Assembly: GCF_006345805.1 (NCBI RefSeq)
Contig: NC_043008.1
Span: forward strand, 44,578,001-44,642,000
DNA length: 64,000 nt
Direction of reading: 5' to 3'
From: Octopus sinensis
Lineage: Eukaryota
The notes below the pieces were generated by a model, which was given only the letters and a program-made list of their open reading frames with translations, did no database searches and was not told the origin of the DNA. The translations under genes and the position numbers were made by a program. Below, in pieces: positions 13,377-25,160 of the stretch (positions within the stretch are counted from its first letter, which is position 1; every line of letters starts with the position of its first letter).

Positions 13377-13523
13377 ATAAATGTATATAAGTCGACAGAA
13401 ATTGTTGGCCTTTGTAGTTTTCTAAGTAATTGTTTCTTATATTATAGCATATTCATAGTATATTATGTTATATTATAATATAAATAATTATAGGATAGTC
13501 ATATGTATCTGTTTAATTTATTG

Positions 13524-13561
<38 letters not shown>

Positions 13562-13741
13562 GAGTGTATTTTTACCTTGTTAACAATAAACACGGAATAA
13601 ATAAATAAATAGTTACCAGGGCAGCAAAATAGTATCAGTGGAATTTTCGAAACATGTGTCGAAAGTAAAAATATTTCATTGCACCTGCGTTAACTCCATT
13701 TTTTATTCATATATATATATATATTATATATATATATATTA

Positions 13742-13791
<50 letters not shown>

Positions 13792-14576
13792 CTCTTTAAA
13801 AACAAAAGAATAGATATTGACTTGGAGGTTTTGCCCAGAGATATCCGACGATGTCTTAGCTGGCCGAAATTTTAAAGTTAATATAAATAGTTTTCTTTCT
13901 AAAATATAATATATATCCATATATCTATACATATATGTATGTGTGTGTATGCACATACATGAATATGTACACAAACAAACACACGCACACACACACATAT
14001 ATATATATATAAATATATATACATATATATATATATAAGCTCAATTACTAACATACATATGTAAAAATAGAAATTGTATTACTAGTAGACTGATACTTAA
14101 ATAGATATTCGTTTGAGATATAATCGTGTGGGCTAATGACATTTTGTGACATTTTCAGTAAGACCCTTCTCCAGAATAAAGAATGCGCAATATTATCAGC
14201 AGGTTCCACTTATGGACCACTTGGAGTCTATGCCTTCAAAGACTTAATTACCTGTTGTGAGGAAATAAACAGACTAAAACATCCTCAAAATATTTCGTAT
14301 ATATATAGGTCACAGGAAGAAGTATTATCTGCGCAAAAAGAAATACAGATTTACAGGAAAACAAAGAAAAATGTCAATAAAGAAATACATCTCAACTAAA
14401 GTGAGTAATTGAGCGATCCATCAACTACAAAAACATAACAATGTACTCCAGTGTAAGAATTGAGATTAAGTAGAGTTCGTTTGAGACAAACAAGATAAAG
14501 GTTGTCCTTTATATAATTATCGACTTTATGCTAATACTAAGTATTGTTATATACATATGAATATATACATGTATGA

Positions 14577-14912
14577 AGACGCGTGGCTCAGTGGTTAGAG
14601 CCTCGAGCTTACGATCCTGAGGTTGTGAGCTCGAATCCCGGATCGGGCTGCGTGTTGTGTTCTTGAGCAAGGCACTTTTTTCACCGGTGCTCCAGTTCAC
14701 TCAGCTGTAGAAATGAGTTGCGACGTCACTGGTGCCAAGCTGTATCGGCCCCTTTGCTTTTCCCTTGGACAACATCGGTGACGTGGAGAGGGGAGGCCGG
14801 TATGCATGGGCGACTGCTGGTCTTCCATAAAACAACCTTGCCCAGACTTGTGCCTCAGAGGGTAACTCTCTAGGTGCAAACCCATGGTCAGTGCCTGACC
14901 GAAGGGGGTCAC
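14577..14912 (+). mobile_element. Full-length tRNA-derived SINE (related to family B, different body)
   Basis: A box tggctcagtgg and B-box-like gctcgaatcc, then gtgttcttgagcaaggcact. Degenerate relatives at 23966-24240 and 34618-34895. Confidence 0.8.
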
Positions 14913-14984
14913 CATATATATATCTATAGATAGAGAGGTCGATAGATGGATACATGGATAGATAGATAGATAGATATACAGATA

Positions 14985-15116
14985 TTCTTTCTTTTATTTC
15001 TTTCAGTCATTTGACTGCGGCCATGCTAGACCACCGCCTTTAGTCGAACAAATCAATCCCAGGACTTATTCTTTGTAAGCCTAGTACTTATTCTATCGGA
15101 CTGCTGTGCAGAACCG
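14985..15116 (-). mobile_element. 3' part of SINE family C
   Basis: tttcagtcatttgactgcggccatgct..tagtacttattctatcgg matches 23053-23470. Confidence 0.85.
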
Positions 15117-15225
15117 ACGTCTGTTCAGTTATGAACAGTCAACTTCTGTAATAGAACAACGGAATCTACATCGGCAGATATGTTTGTGTGTATATATATG
15201 GATTTATATATACACACATATATAA

Positions 15226-15442
15226 GGCGAGTTGGCAGAAACGTTAGCACGCCGGGCGAAATGCGCAGCTGTATTTCGTCTGTCGTTACGTTCCGAGTTC
15301 AAATTCCGCCGAGGTCGACTTTGCCTTTCATCCTTTTGGGGTCGATAAATAAAGTACCAGTTACGCACTGGGTCTATATAATCGACTTAATCCCTTTGTC
15401 TGTTCTTGTTTGTCCCCTCTATGTTTAGCCCCTTGTGGGTAG
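15226..15442 (+). mobile_element. SINE family A
   Basis: Close match to 4207-4438. Confidence 0.9.
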
Positions 15443-15444
15443 TA

Positions 15445-15478
<34 letters not shown>

Positions 15479-15528
15479 CATACATACATACATACATACA
15501 TACCTACATAACTACCTACCTACCTACC

Positions 15529-17083
15529 AACTTGCAGTCCCTCTGACCATCCTCTGGAGAAATTCTTTAGACGCAGGTTATATACCGAAACAGTTTCTAT
15601 CCCAGTCGGTCATCCGTTTTCGAACAGGGAAACAGATCCCTCGCAGTCAACTATCGCCCAATCTCACTCACCTCCCACATCATAAGAGTGTTAAGATCAA
15701 GGATAGCTGACTTCCTGGAGACCAACAAACTCCTAAATGCAAATCAGCATGGCTTTCGCTGTGGCAGGGACTGTCTAACACAGCTCTTACACCACATGGA
15801 AGATGTACTCAAAGCCTTGGGAACAGGTTCGAACTCTGACGTCATATATCTTGACTTCAGTAAAGCGTTCGACAGGGTAGACCATAACATCCTACTCTCA
15901 AAATTGGCAAACGTTGGAATCCGTGGAAAAGTTCTACACTGGATTAAGTATTTCCTGGCGAATAGAACACAACATGTTGTAGTTGATGGAGTCCACTCAA
16001 ACCCAGCAAAAGTCACCAGCGGTGTTCCCCAGGGAACTGTTTTGGGTCCGCTACTCTTCGTAATTTACGTAAACGACCTTTCCAGTGTCGGACATTACTG
16101 CAAAGTGAAAATATTTGCTGATGACACTAAGCTCCAGCAAATCGTCAATGAAGAAGCAGACCGAACTCAACTCCAGTCTGATCTATATGCTGTGAGTCAA
16201 TGGGCAGACAGAAACAAAATGCAACTGAATGAGGGAAAATTTGAACTGATGCATTTTGGAAGAAATTCCTCGCTAAAACAACCATACTCTCTTCCTTCAG
16301 GGGAACCGCTCACAGCCTCTAACAATATCAGAGACCTGGGTGTAATTGTTGATGACGATTTCAGTTGGAGTGCACACATCAACAAGAAGGTCGATATAGC
16401 TCGTAGGATGAGTTCCTGGATCTTAAGAACTTTCCGGTCCAGAGAACAAGGTGTCATCATACCACTTTTTTCCTCCTTTGTACGGCCACACCTTGAATAC
16501 TGCTGCCCACTGTGGTCTCCTCACACAAAACAAAACATCTCCAGAATTGAGTCACCCCAGAGGGCACTCACTAAACAAATTGAAGGCAAGGCTGCTCTCG
16601 ATTATTGGGATCGCCTTAAAGCCTTGAAACTTTACTCCCTCCAGCGTCGCCGTGAGCGGTACATCATTTGTACGTGGAAAATATACCGCCAACTTTGCCC
16701 AAACGACCTAAACATTAGCTTCAAGGTTCATCCAAGACTTGGACCACGGGCTATACGTCCCCTGCCCAATTCAAGATCACAACATACATGTACACTGCAA
16801 CATAATTTCTTTTCCTCAACAGGCCCTGCCCTATTTAACATTGTCCCGAGCGAGATCAAAGAGGAAAGGATCCCATCAACTTAAACAGAGTCTGGATAGA
16901 TTCCTTCAAAGAATACCAGATAAGCCACCCATATTGGATACAACTCACCCAACAAGAACTCACTACTTGAACAAAACTTGAAATAAACAGGATTCGAATA
17001 ATCCTATCAGGTGGTGCTATTAAGTTAGACATGGCCTGGACCAATCTTTGGTCGAAACATATCTAAGTTTATCTAAGTCTAAG

Positions 17084-17087
<4 letters not shown>
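15529..17087 (+). mobile_element. 5'-truncated CR1-clade LINE inserted in a (TACA)n tract
   Basis: Coding remnant runs from LAVPLTILW through NYRPISLTS and the RT to LDRFLQRIPD. It has a 3' stem-loop and a short (ctaagt)-type tail. (TACA/TACC)n lies on both sides. Confidence 0.92.
15688..16884 (+). CDS. Non-LTR retrotransposon reverse transcriptase (CR1-like ORF2 fragment)
   Basis: Motifs QHGFR, YLDFSKAFDRVDH, SGVPQGTVLGPLLF, FADD, RDLGV, LEYCCPLWSP and LYSLQRRRER. There is no endonuclease domain, and frameshifts flank the ORF. Confidence 0.95.
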   Translation: MLRSRIADFLETNKLLNANQHGFRCGRDCLTQLLHHMEDVLKALGTGSNSDVIYLDFSKAFDRVDHNILLSKLANVGIRGKVLHWIKYFLANRTQHVVVDGVHSNPAKVTSGVPQGTVLGPLLFVIYVNDLSSVGHYCKVKIFADDTKLQQIVNEEADRTQLQSDLYAVSQWADRNKMQLNEGKFELMHFGRNSSLKQPYSLPSGEPLTASNNIRDLGVIVDDDFSWSAHINKKVDIARRMSSWILRTFRSREQGVIIPLFSSFVRPHLEYCCPLWSPHTKQNISRIESPQRALTKQIEGKAALDYWDRLKALKLYSLQRRRERYIICTWKIYRQLCPNDLNISFKVHPRLGPRAIRPLPNSRSQHTCTLQHNFFSSTGPALFNIVPSEIKEERIPST

Positions 17088-17115
<28 letters not shown>

Positions 17116-17278
17116 CATACATACATACATACATACATACATGCATACATACATACACACATACATACATACATACATACATACATACATACATACATAC
17201 GTACATACAGTTGAATTAGTTACTTAAATTGAGGTACCAACCCAGTTCGGTAAAGTCCACTCAGCTCGAAGGTAGTGA

Positions 17279-17356
17279 ATAAAAAGCAAATAAGTAACAA
17301 GGCTGTCCAGGTACCAATGCACACCTGGACATCCTTGTTACTTATTTGCTTTTTAT
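17279..17356. other. Near-perfect hairpin (34-bp stem, 1 mismatch, 10-nt loop)
   Basis: Arms ataaaaagcaaataagtaacaaggctgtccaggt and acctggacatccttgttacttatttgctttttat. Confidence 0.9.
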
Positions 17357-17359
17357 ACA

Positions 17360-17745
17360 TCTCTCTCTATATAAACGGCAGTTTGTCTGTGCGTGTTTCT
17401 GTGTGTCTGTTTTCTCGTACCCTCACCCTGACCACGGCTTTCAACCGATTCTGATGAAACTTGACACACACATAGCCCAATGTCATAATTCAAAACTAAC
17501 GCAGCGAAAATTTTGAAAAGTTCCCCCAGTTCTGAAAAAATCGATAAATTCGACATGGGGTCGAGAATAAAAAAAACAAACCACAGACTGTCTAGGGGAC
17601 GCAACTCAACCTTTTATTACTCTCAAAAAAAAAATTTACCATCATTTTTTTTCCATTTTTTGGCTATTTTTTGGCTATAACTCTCTAAAAATGCTTTATA
17701 GTTATTTCCCTTACAAACCTGAGCAACGCCGGGCGATACTGCTAG
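17360..17745 (+). mobile_element. Non-autonomous Helitron
   Basis: 5' TC(TCTCTCTATATAAA), 3' imperfect GC hairpin cctgagcaacgccggg followed by CTAG, inserted between A and T. Confidence 0.8.
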
Positions 17746-17769
17746 TATATACATAAATTATCTTATTCG

Positions 17770-17960
17770 TTATTGTTTCAGTCATGTAACTGCGGCAATG
17801 CCGAAGCACCACCTTTAGTCGAAAAAATCGACCCCAGAACTCATTCTTTGTAAGGCAAGTACGTATTCTGTCGGTCGCCTTGTCGAAACTTTGTTTCGGG
17901 GGACGTAAAGACACCAACATCGATTGTCAAGCGGTGGCGGAGTGACAAATTCAGATACGC
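17770..17960 (-). mobile_element. 3' part of SINE family C (diverged)
   Basis: Contains gtttcagtcatgtaactgcggcaatgc..ggggacgtaaagacaccaacatcg. Confidence 0.8.
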
Positions 17961-18959
17961 ACACACTGAATACCCTGTCGTGGTCGAGCGATTTTCCCTA
18001 TTATATCACTTGGCGATTCTTCAGGAATCCTTACCCTTCTATGTGGAATTTCTTCCGTTTTGACAGGGATTTTCCAAGATTGTTTTTTCTTTTCACCCCC
18101 TTTTTAAGAGAAGTAAGTTTTGAAAATATATGAATGAGAGCCTTGAAACGCAAGACTAATATTTTCCAATTTTATCTTAAAGAGATCGCACTATGCAAAG
18201 GTGTATTTTTCTCAAAGTGACAACGACCCACCCACTCTAGAACCTGAAGTCGCTGATGTTGAGGAACGGAACACTCCACACACTAGTCAATGCACTTTAA
18301 AATTATTAATGTAGTGAAACGGTAGATACTCTAATGTAATAATGCTGATGCAGTGAGAAGACGAATACTCAGGGATACATTATTTAATTTCAAACTATAA
18401 GTGCTTCGTTTTTGATTACAAGGAATAGGGCAAGAAATGACGCAGGGAAAATGCAATCATAACTATGTGGCTTCCTGAACTTGACTGCCATCTCACGTTA
18501 CTTCGCAATGTGAGAAAACTCGGAAACACAGAACTGTAAAATGAATGCAAACCGCAAAGACGAACCATGTTCCCATTTAGAAAAATACCAAAGTTAACAA
18601 AATTATTTCTTTCAGTTAAATAAAGAGTAATAATTAATTAACAATTTATCGATTAGGCAAAACATCAGAACGTGTTTTCCGGCAAGAATTGAAAAAAAAA
18701 AAAACTTTAATTAATTAGAAATTGCTTGAGGAAACAAGAAAAAGATTTTATTTCCGGAAAAGATAGGAGTGAAACCGTTAACAAGATGCATTGAAAATAT
18801 TTTCAGTTATTGTACAGAGTGTGGATATATAATGGCTTGTATATCTTCTTTTACAAGCTGTTTTGTGTTGTAAATAAAGAAAGAAGAACGCAAATTGCAT
18901 TGCAACGTAGGCTAGAAATTTTTGTTTACACTCACGCAGACACATACACATACGCACAC

Positions 18960-19192
18960 AAAATATATATTATATATATATATATATATATGTGTGTACA
19001 TAGATGAATATATATATATATATAATATATATATATATACATAAATATATATATATATACATAAACATATGTATATATATATATATATATGTATATATAT
19101 GTATATATACATACATAAATATATATATATACATATATATATATACATAAATATAAAATATGTGTATACATAAATATATATATACATATATG

Positions 19193-19239
<47 letters not shown>

Positions 19240-19278
19240 AAGGGAAGCTTTAAGAAAATAAACAAAAGACGAAGGCAG

Positions 19279-19352
<74 letters not shown>
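18960..19352. repeat. Long interrupted (TA)n microsatellite (representative of many in the window)
   Basis: Directly visible. Similar tracts at 20575-20890, 35600-36130, 42900-43170, 57030-57390, 59510-59720 and 60710-61080. Confidence 0.97.
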
Positions 19353-20276
19353 GCACATATACGCACACGTGCATATGTAAAACATGTAGGAAAGTGCAAG
19401 AGTTTCTTTATTCAGTTGATACAAGCTACATGGGCAGCCATGTCACTTACAATGTATGTAATAGATGTATGTTAAATTAAGTTTATCATTTTAGTTGCTG
19501 CTACATTCTGTATGGTGACACGGCAGGAAATAATGGGAAGATTCGATTCTGAGAAAGGGAGAAATTTATTATCAAATTGGTTTTCACTGAAAATCATTAG
19601 TCGAAATTTTATTTTTCCGGATCTGCCTGCGCATTTCTGCATCTGTATGAGCGTGTGTATGTGAGCGTGTGTGTGTGCGAGTGTGTGTGTATGTGCATGT
19701 GTGTATCTACTTGAGTGTGTGCATGGATGTATAGCGATATATATGTATCTCTTATTATAATACCAAATAAAATGCAACATAAATTTGTGATATGTATCTG
19801 CATAGATGGTCATTCGGCAGCACACATACACACACACACATATATACACTCACACATATACATTCACATACACATATGCACACGCTTTTACATTTATATG
19901 TGTGTGCGCCCGTGTGCCTGTGTGTGTGAATGTGTTTGTATATATGTATATGCATGATAAACATGAATAATTCAATAACGTTTGTTACTCTGAGACGGTG
20001 TCTGTATGACAAAACATTAGCTAAGGTGGAGTCAGCATACATTATGCCGAAAGCATTAATAATCGACTTAGACCGGCTTATAGCATCGGAAGAAAAAAAA
20101 GCCAATGTCTATAAGAGAGCAGGTTCTTCTCATATTTTGATCATAATAATCTTCGTAGGCGAAGCTTATTTGGTTATGGTCGTAATTGCAAGAAATTAGG
20201 TGAGAATGCATATTTCAATGAATACATATCTGAAATGAACGTATACTCACACACACTCACACACACACATACACGC

Positions 20277-20315
<39 letters not shown>

Positions 20316-20420
20316 CTATAAATTAGATAGAGAGATACACATATTAGATAGAGAGAGAGAGAATTACAGACAGAGAGGAACACAGAGAGCTAATTATATA
20401 AATACGTATACATGCATACG

Positions 20421-20483
<63 letters not shown>

Positions 20484-20619
20484 AATTATATGTATTGTAT
20501 ACATTCCATGCTATGACAAACTAAGAAGCATTTAGGAATACTTCCGGATTACTTGAATCTATATATCGTGATTGTATATATATATATATATATATATAAT
20601 ATAGGCGTATGTGTGTATA

Positions 20620-20673
<54 letters not shown>

Positions 20674-21310
20674 TATATATATATATATGTATACATATAT
20701 ATGTGTGTATATATACATATATATACACATATATGTATATATACATACATATATATATAGAGAGAGATTGATAGATAGATAAATAGACATAATCGCAAGT
20801 TTATATAAACGCACGCTTATTGAAATATATATAATATATATATATATATTATATATATATATATATATTATATATATATATATATATATATTACAGACAC
20901 AAAAACGCACACACACATATATATCTATATACATGCATGCATATATAATTAAAATTAAGAATTCCTTTATGAGTGATACAATTATTGTTCGCTTATGGTT
21001 CATGCTTCTGCAATCATTATTAAGAAATACTTCGCAGAACAAAAAAAAAATTGTCATGTAGTTATTCTGTCGAATCGATATTGGTGTTTAATTACAGTGA
21101 AGACGAAGTGCCATTTACCATTGATATTTCTGTCGGGAAGAAACTGTCCCCAGATTAAACATTATACAACAAGTGTTATGGTGGGATTTGTTTATGGAAA
21201 AGGTGAATGTTATGCAATACGTGTGAAAATTATGCAATACATACGAAGGTCCGTACAGTTTCGTCATAAAGCAGATGCACGTAAATTTACATTGATATTC
21301 CATTTCTTTA

Positions 21311-21612
21311 GGAGGCGCAATGGCCCAGTGTTTAGGGCAGCGGTGTCGCGGTTGGAGGATTGCGGTTTCGATTCCTAGACCGGGCCTTGTGTTTTTATTG
21401 AGCGAAAACTTCTAAAGCTCCACCAAGCTCCGGTAGGAGGTGGTAGCGACCCTGTTATACTCTTTCGCCCCAACTTTCTCTCACACTTTCGTCCTGTTTC
21501 TTGAGTAACGCTGCGATGGACTGGCGTCCCGTCCAGCTGCAGGAAACACATACGCCATAGATACCGAGAAACCGGGCCCATGAGCCTGGCTAGGCTTGAA
21601 AAGGGCGCATAG
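21311..21612 (+). mobile_element. tRNA-derived SINE family B
   Basis: ggaggcgcaatggcccagtg..gcggtttcgattcctagaccggg carries A and B boxes. The body matches the reverse complement of 48995-49268. Confidence 0.9.
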
Positions 21613-21811
21613 ATAAATAAAAAGAATATACTATTTCTTCAAACATTGTATTCTATACTCATCACTAAAAATCCTTTTATGAATACACACATACACATTT
21701 ATACAGATTTATGCATGCACAGAGGCATATTCACAAACAGAGGTTGGACCCAATGGCAGCAGTGGACTGAACTGTAGCCGGTGGGTTAAGGCTGTCATAC
21801 AGGATCATGAA

Positions 21812-22011
21812 GCCGTCCAACAATTTGGACTTGGAGATCTCCATTTCCAGCGACTTCGAGGGCCACCTCCTAGTGGTGTCGGGCCTCAACGAAGAGCCCT
21901 CGACTACAACAAGAAGACCAAAGTCTTTCTTTCCAAGGTCTGTGGTCCCCGCCCCTTAGCCCTAGACCATCACCTAATCACACTTACCCGTCTTGTTGCT
22001 TAACAACAACA
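21812..22011 (+). mobile_element. Short 5'-truncated retroposed insertion with (CAA)n tail and 13-bp TSD
   Basis: ACAGGATCATGAA occurs at 21799-21811 and 22012-22024. The insert is GC-richer than its surroundings and ends taacaacaaca. Confidence 0.8.
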
Positions 22012-22699
22012 ACAGGATCATGAACGAACCCCACGCTGTAGGGAGAAATTTTAAGAAATATCGCTCGTGAGGTGTTCTATCAGCTCCGTTCTATAATAGG
22101 TAGAGTCAGCTAATTTGAGAAAGCTTATTTGACACTTTAGATGTTATATCCAAGTGAATAAAATGCAAAATAAAAAACATTCTAATAATTAACAAATTCT
22201 AAAAAGTATTTTCAGACGAAATAACAAAATTCTTTATGTTTTCAATTCATTCAAGAATTATAATAAAATTCAATAAAAATGGCTTTTTGTTATAGTACAA
22301 TACTTGAAATAATATTAGAAAGGAAAACGTTTTTTAAATAATTTTCAAACATTGAGTGATTAATAACTAAACTTAATGTTTATTTACTGCAGAAAATTCT
22401 TTCCACGTAGTTAGCATTGTTTACACGTAACAGAATAAATATTCATTAAATATTGCTACAGAAACAATTGCTTGGACCACTTTCCAAAGAGTGCTTCAGA
22501 AAGTGAGAAACCATTTCGATTTTTCTTACCTAAACAAGTTTACATTCGTTCGGCAAAAATATTGTTGATGCCTTCCGTTAAAGTCGAACAATTGTAGTTA
22601 TGATTTCATTCGTAAAAATGTAATTTCTGTAATTAAATGAACGGCGACGCATTTGAACGTTATTAAACATATGCATCTTTGTATTTTTTTTTTTTTCAG

Positions 22700-22775
22700 A
22701 CGAAACCAATTCAATTAAATGGTATTCTGCAAAGGTGGCCAGGTAGATACACAAGGAACGTCACATTTAAGGCAG
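22700..22775 (+). other. Candidate 76-nt internal exon
   Basis: Poly-T tract plus CAG acceptor, CAG|GTAACG donor, and one open frame TKPIQLNGILQRWPGRYTRNVTFKA. No homology recognised. Confidence 0.3.
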
Positions 22776-23015
22776 GTAACGTATGCAATTAAGACATTAG
22801 CAAAGTACATACGTGCGTGTGTATGTATATACATACATATATATATGTGTATACGTATATATATATATATATATTAATATATAATATATATGCACACACA
22901 CATATAGATAGGCAGATAGATTATGCATATATATTATATAATAATTTAGATTATATATATATATATATGAAGATATATTTACCATATATATTATATATAT
23001 ACTATTTAGATTATG

Positions 23016-23051
<36 letters not shown>

Positions 23052-23052
23052 A

Positions 23053-23470
23053 TACTCTTTACTCTTTACTCTTTTACTATTTTACTTGTTTCAGTCATTT
23101 GACTGCGGCCATGTTGGAGCACCGCCTTCAATCGAGCAACTCGACCCCGGGACTTATTCTGTTTTAAGCCCAGTACTTATTCTATCGGTCTCTTTTGCCG
23201 AACCGCTAAGTAACGTGGACATAAACAGACCAGCATCAGTTGTCAAGCAATGCTAGGGGGACAAACACACACACACACACACACATATATAGATATACAT
23301 ATATACGACGGGCTTCTTTCAGTTTCAGTCTACTAAATCCACTCACAAGGCATTGGTCTGCCCGAGGCTATAGTAGAAGACACTTGCCCAAGGTGCCGCG
23401 CTGTGGGACTGAACCCGGAACCATGTGGTTGGTAAGCAAGATACTTACCACACAGCCACTACTGCGTCAC
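23053..23470 (-). mobile_element. Full-length tRNA-derived SINE family C
   Basis: Minus strand: tggctgtgtggtaag (A box), ccgggttcagtccc (B-box-like), internal (GT)n, and tail catggccgcagtcaaatgactgaaac followed by (agtaaaag)-like repeats. Confidence 0.92.
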
Positions 23471-23511
23471 ACACACACACGCACATATATATATATATAT
23501 TTATATTTATA

Positions 23512-23572
<61 letters not shown>

Positions 23573-23574
23573 AT

Positions 23575-23820
23575 ATATGTGCGTGTGGACGCAGTAGTGG
23601 CTGTGTGGTAAGTATTGCTTACCAACCACATGGTTCCGGGTTCAGTCCCACAGCGCGGCACCTTGGGCAAGTGTCTTCTACTATAGCCTCGGCTATAGCC
23701 GAGGCTATATTAGAAGACACTTGCCCAAGGTGCCGCGCTGTGGGACTGAACCCGGAACCATGTGGTTGGTAAGCAAGATACTTACCACACAGCCACTACT
23801 GCGTCACACACACACACGCC
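23575..23820. repeat. Inverted plus direct local re-copies of the SINE C head
   Basis: ~23580-23692 is the reverse complement of 23362-23470, and 23699-23820 is a direct copy. The junction is the palindrome tatagcctcggctatagccgaggctata. Confidence 0.9.
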
Positions 23821-23909
23821 ACATATATATATATATATTATATTATATATATATATATATTATATACATATATATATATATTATATATATTATATATATA
23901 ATATATATA

Positions 23910-23943
<34 letters not shown>

Positions 23944-24569
23944 TATATGTATGTTATATATTCTGGCATGGCTTAGTGGTTAAGGTGTTGTACTGACGAT
24001 TGCGAGATCGTGGGTCCGTTGCTCAGACCGGGAGCTGCGTTTTGTTCTTGACCAAAGCACTTCTTCATTTCACGCTTCTCTGTTATCATTTTGTCATCTG
24101 ATTTGTGACACCCAGTTGCACCTGTACAGGTGATGTCTATTTGATGGAGGGAGTGAGCTTAATCACTATTAAGAAATAATCAGTGTGGTTGTTCAGCAAG
24201 AAATTGTCGAGCCATCATACATCGTATAAGGATGGGAGAAGTCCATGTATGTATGTATGTGTGTATGTATATTTGTACGTATGCATGTATGTGTGTATGT
24301 ATGTATGTATGTATGTATGTATCTATGTATGTATGCCATTATTCAGCTTATTTCAACACTTCTTGCCAGCAGAGAAAGAACCAGTTTCTAACCTAGATCC
24401 AAGGCCCCTTCATTTGAATTTCAACATCAACAACAGGATATCTTTGTATGCATTGTATGTCCAAAGAATGCTTCAGAAATTGAGAAACCATTTCGATTTT
24501 CTTGCCTAAAGAAGTTTACATTCGTTCGACAAGAATATCATTGGTGCTTTCCGCGAGAGTGAAACAATT

Positions 24570-25160
24570 GTACGTATGTATGTACGTATGTATGTATGTA
24601 TGTAGTATGTATGTATGTATGTATGTATGTATTTATGTAGGCATGTATGTATGTATGTATGTATGTATGTATGTATGTATGTATGTATGTATGTAGGTAG
24701 GTATGTATGTAGGTATGTATGTATGTATTTATGTATGTATGTATGTAGGTAGGTAGGTAGGTAGGTAGGTATGTATGTATGTATATATGTATGTATGTAT
24801 TTATGTATGTATGTATGCATGTATGTATGTCTGTGTGTATGTATGTATATATGTATGTATGTATGTATGTATATATGTACGTATGTATGTATGTAGGCAT
24901 GTATGTATGTATGTAGGTATGTATGTATGTATGTATGTATGTATGTATTATGTATGTATGTATGTAGGTAGGTAGGTATGTATGTAGGTATGTATGTATG
25001 TATTTATGTATGTATGTATGTATCTATGTATGTATGTATGTATGTATGTATGTATGTATGTATGTATGTGGGTATGTAGGTATGTATGTATGTAGGTATG
25101 TATGTATGTATGCATGCATCCATGTATGTATGCATGTATGTATGTATGTGTGTACATACG
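24570..25160. repeat. (TATG)n/(TAGG)n tetranucleotide microsatellite
   Basis: Directly visible. Confidence 0.97.

Noticed and set aside
15744-16460. Minus-strand ORFs overlapping the RT
   Set aside because: They are antisense shadows of LINE coding sequence.
17030-17065. CCTG..stem..GAAAC as a hammerhead
   Set aside because: It lacks the CUGANGA core and an NUH/stem III arrangement, and is better explained as the LINE 3' recognition stem-loop.
19930-20199. 89-aa ORF in unique sequence (likewise 14136-14399 and 30790-31017)
   Set aside because: No recognisable domain or convincing splice signals; the length is compatible with chance.
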